Of a stretch of 27,146 bases of DNA, positions 24,448-27,146 are shown piece by piece. The position numbers and the translations under genes are program-made. Source of the stretch: Blastopirellula marina (GTDB lineage: Bacteria > Planctomycetota > Phycisphaerae > Sedimentisphaerales > UBA12454). The notes beneath the pieces were generated by a model. It saw only the letters and a program-made list of their open reading frames with translations. It did no database searches and was not told the DNA's origin. Within the stretch, counting starts at the first letter, position 1. The number at the start of each line of letters is the position of its first letter. The stretch is taken from NCBI GenBank assembly GCA_020721975.1, contig DYLR01000012.1:1-27146 (forward strand), in the 5' to 3' direction.

Positions 24448-25097
24448 AAGAATTTGTATTCCTGATGATATGTTCATATTTGCTCGGAGCGATACCGTTT
24501 GCCTTTATAATCGGCAAGGCACACGGGGTCGATTTGCGCCAAGTTGGTTCGGGAAATATCGGCGCGACGAATCTTTCGCGTGCAATCGGCAAAAAATGGG
24601 GCTATTTTTGTTTCTCGCTGGATGTGATTAAGGGTCTTACCCCTACACTGGCAACTGCAATACTTTGGACCGGCTCTAAACATACCGCAACAGATATGCT
24701 GCTTTGGCTGGCGATTGGAGCATGTGCGATAATCGGCCATGTGTTTCCGGTTTATATCGGCTTCAGAGGCGGCAAAGGAGTCGCTACCGGTTTGGGTGTT
24801 GCGCTGGGAATTTATCCGTACTGCACCTGGCCGGGCGTAGCAGCGTTTGCAATATGGGTAATTTGCGCGCTTGTATGGAGATATATTTCGCTGGCCTCGA
24901 TTATCGCCGCAGCGGCGTTTCCCCTGCTGCTTTGTGCTTTTATAATAATTCTTGACAGATGGCGGTTCTCGGTGTTATGGCCGACGCTGCTTGCGGCGGC
25001 AGCATTAGCGGGTCTTGTGATATTTCGACACAGGAGCAATATTTCGCGACTGCTTGCCGGTGCGGAAAGTAAAATTAAAACGCCTTTAACAAAATGA
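24444..25097 (+). CDS. plsY: Glycerol-3-phosphate acyltransferase PlsY. Start at ATG 24444, which carries a GGAG SD.
   Basis: The signature LLGAIPFAFIIGKAHGVDLRQVGSGNIGATN is present, along with multiple TM helices. Length is ~218 aa. Confidence 0.85.
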   Translation: MKEFVFLMICSYLLGAIPFAFIIGKAHGVDLRQVGSGNIGATNLSRAIGKKWGYFCFSLDVIKGLTPTLATAILWTGSKHTATDMLLWLAIGACAIIGHVFPVYIGFRGGKGVATGLGVALGIYPYCTWPGVAAFAIWVICALVWRYISLASIIAAAAFPLLLCAFIIILDRWRFSVLWPTLLAAAALAGLVIFRHRSNISRLLAGAESKIKTPLTK

Positions 25098-25138
25098 ATT
25101 ATGGCACGGGCATTTTGCCCGTGATTTTTAATCCGTTA

Positions 25139-25170
25139 GCCCTCCGATTTATTCGGAGGGTTATTGTTTA
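25139..25170 (+). terminator. Rho-independent terminator AGCCCTCCGA-TTTAT-TCGGAGGGTT + TTATTGTTT. It is a paralogue of the hairpin at 18611-18640 with a compensatory C:G to T:A stem change.
   Basis: ccctccga (25141-25148) pairs with tcggaggg (25154-25161). The loop is tttat. Confidence 0.65.
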
Positions 25171-25194
25171 GCCGTCGTCGGCACGACGGCATAT

Positions 25195-25309
25195 TTGTCA
25201 GCCCGCAGGCCGTATATGCGTATCTCGTGAAGCGTGAAGCGGAATACGAGATACGCTTCACGAACGACGCTTCACATTTTTACAGGCGTCTGGGCTGACG
25301 TACAAATGC
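25195..25309. repeat. ~115-bp REP/MITE-like palindromic element bounded by an ATTTGTCAGCCC ... GGGCTGAC(GT)ACAAAT inverted repeat. Nested palindromes lie inside: GTATCTCGT/ACGAGATAC, and GTGAAGCG x2 / CGCTTCAC x2.
   Basis: Sequence read at 25195-25309. It shares the AGCCCGCAGGCC and GGGCTGACAA motifs with 19014-19135, and the CTCGTGAAG/CTTCACGA motifs with 8748-8800. Confidence 0.5.
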
Positions 25310-25328
25310 CTGTACCCTTTTACTGCTG

Positions 25329-26090
25329 TCATACTCGCATATATGCGCCGCCGTTGACGGCTAAATATTCGCCGTTGATAAAATCTGCGGCCTGCGAGGC
25401 CAGAAACAGTATTGCATTTGCACAATCGCCGGCAGTGCCGTTGCGCCCGCGGGGGTTTTCCTGTGCCAGTTGAGCTTTTCTTTGCGGAGTGCTGAACCGT
25501 TCGTGGAATCGCGTCTCAATCAGACCCGGCACAACACAATTTACGCGAATCCTGTCAGGCGCAAATTCTCTTGCCATTGCAATTGTGAGCGTATGTATGG
25601 CCGCCTTGGCAGAGGCGTAAATGCCTGAACCGCCCGCTCCGCCGTTATGGCCGGCCACAGAACCGACATTCACTATACAGCCTTTGGTTTTTTTCAAATA
25701 CGGATACGCCGCCCGCGTTGCCAGCCAGCAGCTTTTGACGTTGGTGTCAAAAATATCGTCAAAATAAGAGATAGTTGCGTTTTGAATATCCTGTCGTTCA
25801 ATCAATGTGCCTGCGTTATTGACAAGAATGTCTATTTCGCCGATGCTGTGAACAAAATCATCTATGAGTTTCTGAACCTGCTTTTCATCTCGCATATCGG
25901 CACAAAATAACCGGCCTTGGGAATATTTGATAACTTCATTGAGAGTTTTTTCTCCGCCGTCTTTGGTGCGAAAATAATGCACGCCGACGATTGCGCCCTG
26001 TCGGGCAAATGCGATTGCCGTCTCGGCGCCGATGCCGGAGGAAGAGCCGGTTACCAAAACATGTTTACCTTTCAAATCTTCGTATATCAT
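25329..26090 (-). CDS. SDR-family oxidoreductase (short-chain dehydrogenase/reductase, 3-oxoacyl-ACP-reductase-like).
   Basis: The N-terminal TGSSSGIG Rossmann motif, NNAG and the catalytic YxxxK region (YASAKAA) are present. Length is 253 aa. Confidence 0.8.
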   Translation of the reverse strand: MIYEDLKGKHVLVTGSSSGIGAETAIAFARQGAIVGVHYFRTKDGGEKTLNEVIKYSQGRLFCADMRDEKQVQKLIDDFVHSIGEIDILVNNAGTLIERQDIQNATISYFDDIFDTNVKSCWLATRAAYPYLKKTKGCIVNVGSVAGHNGGAGGSGIYASAKAAIHTLTIAMAREFAPDRIRVNCVVPGLIETRFHERFSTPQRKAQLAQENPRGRNGTAGDCANAILFLASQAADFINGEYLAVNGGAYMRV

Positions 26091-26092
26091 TG

Positions 26093-27085
26093 TTATTCCT
26101 CATTTTTCTTTCCTGCCGTCTGGTCCAGCTGCATTGTGAACTTGTCAAGTTTTTTTTGTCCTTCGTCATATTTGGCGCAGGCATTCCGCAGATGCGTGCC
26201 GAGAGTATCCCACGCCGTGATAAAATCCATAAATGAAATATGTAATGTGCCGAGATTTTGCCGTATCTCGGCGGCCTGCTTTTCAATCTGCATTCCGTGC
26301 AGTCCCATCGCCACGGTCATTAGATAAATATAAAGCAGATTGGGCGAAACAGGTATTACCTTTTTATCAATCGCATACTGCATAATATTGAGCGTATCGC
26401 CGTTGTTTTGCATTACAGTTTCATAATAAACATTTTCGGCAGGTACATACATCAGCGCAAAATCGAGCGTACCTTCGGAAGGACGAATATAATCGGCAGA
26501 AATTTTATCTATGTGCTTTTGCACGTCTCGCAGGAAATCTCTCCGGTATTTTGCCTTTTCATTATCGGCGGCGTCCTGCGTCCTGACAAAATTTTCCATC
26601 GGAAATTTTGCGTCTATCGGCACGTTGTGTTCGGCGAGCCTGACTATTGCGTCAACGATTTTCCCGTCGGCCATTTTATACTGAAGAGAAAATGATCCCT
26701 GCGGCAGAGTGTTGGCGAGAATAGTTTCCAGCGACCATTCACCCAAATTGCCGCGGAGCTTGGGCGAACGTAATATGTCGTGTAATTTGCCTATATCGGA
26801 ACCGATTTCCTGCATTCTGTTTGAAGCTGCGGCCAGCAAACCGAGCTGTTTGTTGAGTTCGCCCAGTTTTTCAAGCGAAAGCGAAAGGTTTTTATGTACG
26901 GCATCCTGAAGTTTTTCGCCGCTGTTTTGTGAAACGGTTCGCAGGGCTTCAATCTGCTTAGCAAGAAAATCCATCGAAAGTTTATGCTCGGCATGTCTGC
27001 GTTTGGAGTCGGCAAATATGAATATCGCCCCGCAGACTACCGCGGCGAGAATGATTAAAAATATCACAATTTCCGCAATTGTCAT
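26093..27085 (-). CDS. rmuC: DNA recombination protein RmuC.
   Basis: The protein has an N-terminal TM helix, then a coiled coil, then the RmuC core. The core pattern RGNLGEWSLETIL ... IVRLAEHNVPIDAKFP ... DFALMYVPAENVYY ... KVIPVSPNLLYIYL parallels the E. coli RmuC blocks RGNWGEVVLTRVLE / VIDAK / DYVLMFIPVEPAF / IMLVSPTTL. Confidence 0.7.
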   Translation of the reverse strand: MTIAEIVIFLIILAAVVCGAIFIFADSKRRHAEHKLSMDFLAKQIEALRTVSQNSGEKLQDAVHKNLSLSLEKLGELNKQLGLLAAASNRMQEIGSDIGKLHDILRSPKLRGNLGEWSLETILANTLPQGSFSLQYKMADGKIVDAIVRLAEHNVPIDAKFPMENFVRTQDAADNEKAKYRRDFLRDVQKHIDKISADYIRPSEGTLDFALMYVPAENVYYETVMQNNGDTLNIMQYAIDKKVIPVSPNLLYIYLMTVAMGLHGMQIEKQAAEIRQNLGTLHISFMDFITAWDTLGTHLRNACAKYDEGQKKLDKFTMQLDQTAGKKNEE

Positions 27086-27146
27086 GAATTTAATTATAGA
27101 GTATTGTAAACGTTAAGGCAATGGTATGATTTTAGAGCCGCCCGAC

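Overview
The window is a 27-kb chromosomal segment from a bacterium, mostly housekeeping and envelope/carbohydrate genes. On the plus strand: a zinc-ribbon + bacterial-PH membrane protein, an MFS-transporter/HEAT-repeat fusion, a beta-CASP metallo-beta-lactamase RNase, PhoU, a GH2 beta-mannosidase, MtaB, a secreted LTXXQ/EF-hand protein, an RHH protein, a GT4 glycosyltransferase and PlsY. On the minus strand: a PilZ protein, a GT4 glycosyltransferase, TruA, Asd, an SDR oxidoreductase and RmuC. The best candidate for an undescribed system is a minus-strand three-gene cluster (8805..14480). Its first gene is a PilM-PilN fusion with a GspL-like architecture and a long C-terminal extension. It is followed by two further membrane-anchored proteins. 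Two of the three proteins carry conspicuous Met/Gly/Pro-rich repeat tracts ((GPGMM)n, MPGM...); the middle gene carries none. The tracts are encoded by tandem 9-15 bp DNA repeats. No pilin, secretin or ATPase gene lies nearby. The window also holds a decayed accessory islet (15.9-17.9 kb): an IS66 transposase C-terminal remnant, an operator-like palindrome set, a 3'-truncated Fic gene, and two ~80-bp direct repeats carrying a hairpin plus Shine-Dalgarno (SD) module. A ~325-bp MITE-like element with heptad TAGAA inverted repeats carries a truncated four-helix-bundle (23S-rRNA-IVS family) protein gene and sits exactly between truA and a glycosyltransferase gene. A 5' half of a tRNA-Lys(CTT) sits at the window edge. 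Several REP-like palindromic repeat families recur in convergent intergenic regions. These include a terminator hairpin present in three copies, two of which differ by a compensatory base pair. No CRISPR array, rRNA or intact tRNA was seen.
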